Below, piece by piece: positions 62,580 through 63,644 of a stretch of DNA of 63,644 bases. Each line of letters starts with the position of its first letter. Position 1 is the stretch's first letter. Source of the stretch: Carcharhinus longimanus (lineage: Eukaryota). The DNA is taken from positions 23,159,732 to 23,223,375 of the forward strand of contig JASCQW010000190.1 of assembly GCA_030264375.1 (NCBI GenBank). Direction: 5' to 3'. Both the position numbers and the translations under genes were made by a program. Under the pieces are notes generated by a model that had not been told where the DNA came from, ran no database searches, and saw only the letters and a program-made list of their open reading frames with translations.

Positions 62580-63035
62580 CATAGATTCCTAGATGTTTAC
62601 AGCTCAGACGGAAAGGTGACCATTCAGCCCATCATGTCCACATCGATCAACAAAGATTTGACTACACTAATTTTCCTGTGCTTGGCCCATAGCCCTGGAG
62701 GTTATGGCAGTGCAAGTGAATATCCAAATACTTATTAAATGTCCTGAGAGTTTCTGATTCAACCATCGTTTCAAGCAGAGTTCCAGACTTCCTCTGGGTG
62801 AAAAGGTTTCTCCTCAACACCCCTCTCAGCCTTTTATGTCTTATCTTAATTCCATGCCCCTGGTTATTGACCACCCTACTAATGAAGAAAATGTCCTCCT
62901 AGCCACCCTATCTGTGCCCCTCATAATCTTATCCACCTCTATCAGGACACCTGTCAAACTTTGCTGTTCTAAGGAAAACAGCCCCAGTCTTTCCAATCTT
63001 TCCTCACAACTCAGACCCTCCAGTTCCCTGGGCAC
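62580..63035 (-). mobile_element. CR1 LINE 3' fragment
   Basis: ELEGLSCEERLERLGLFSLEQQSLTGVLIEVDKIMRG. Confidence 0.9.
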
Positions 63036-63644
63036 TTAGTGGTTAACTTATCATGGTCAATCTGCCTAACCTGCACATCTTTGGTGTATGGGAGGAAACT
63101 AGGACGCTCAGAGGAAACCCACACAAAGGGAGAACATGCAAACTCCACACAGACAACGACCCAAGCCTGGAATCAAACCCAGGTCCCTGGCGCTGAGAAG
63201 CAACAGTGCTAACCACTGTGCTACCATGCCACCCCATCTTATCCTTCTGTTCCTAATACTCATTATTGCAAGGCATGGGGAGTAATCTACCTTTTGAAAT
63301 ACAGCTTTTTATTTTTCTTTTGCAGGATCTCATTTCTCTTTCCTGATATGTCATTGGTCCCAACATGGACCGCGACAACTGACATTCTCCCCCTTCAGAA
63401 CGTCCTGCAACAGCATTTGACTTTTCAATCCTTCTGTCTAAAGTTTAAGTTCATTTATTTACTAGTGTCACAAGTAGGCTCACTACAATTAAGTTACTGT
63501 GAAAATCACCTAGTCACCACACTCTGGCACCTGTTTAGGTACACTGAGGGAGAATTTGGTATGACCGATGCACCTAACCAGCACATCTTTCAGACTATGG
63601 GAGGAAACCAGAGCACCCAGAGAAAACCCACGCAGACACAGAGA

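Overview
Vertebrate (not microbial) genomic DNA from a gapped draft assembly. The repeat content (HE1-type tRNA SINEs, CR1, Penelope, Rex1/Babar, RTE, Harbinger) points to a shark; this is an inference. Two protein-coding genes are firmly supported and lie tail-to-tail. COG8 is complete on + (4 coding exons, 34339-42130, 614 aa). NOB1 exons 2-9 are on - (59094 down to 48972), and exon 1 was not found in the window. The first ~34 kb is a transposon graveyard with no gene I can recognise, but it holds a near full-length U1 snRNA copy. The strongest unannotated signal is a set of minimal type-I hammerhead ribozyme motifs from about three Penelope-like retroelement families. The cleanest motif is at 6176-6214, and three more cluster about 0.5-1 kb upstream of COG8. 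They come with palindromic insertions, target-site duplications and tiny terminal micro-insertions. Also notable are a candidate ~150-nt box C/D snoRNA in NOB1 intron 7, an inverted SINE-plus-flank duplication resembling a 3' transduction, an RFX X-box in the COG8 promoter, and no visible PDF or NIP7 next to COG8. Repeat boundaries are approximate and were read by eye.
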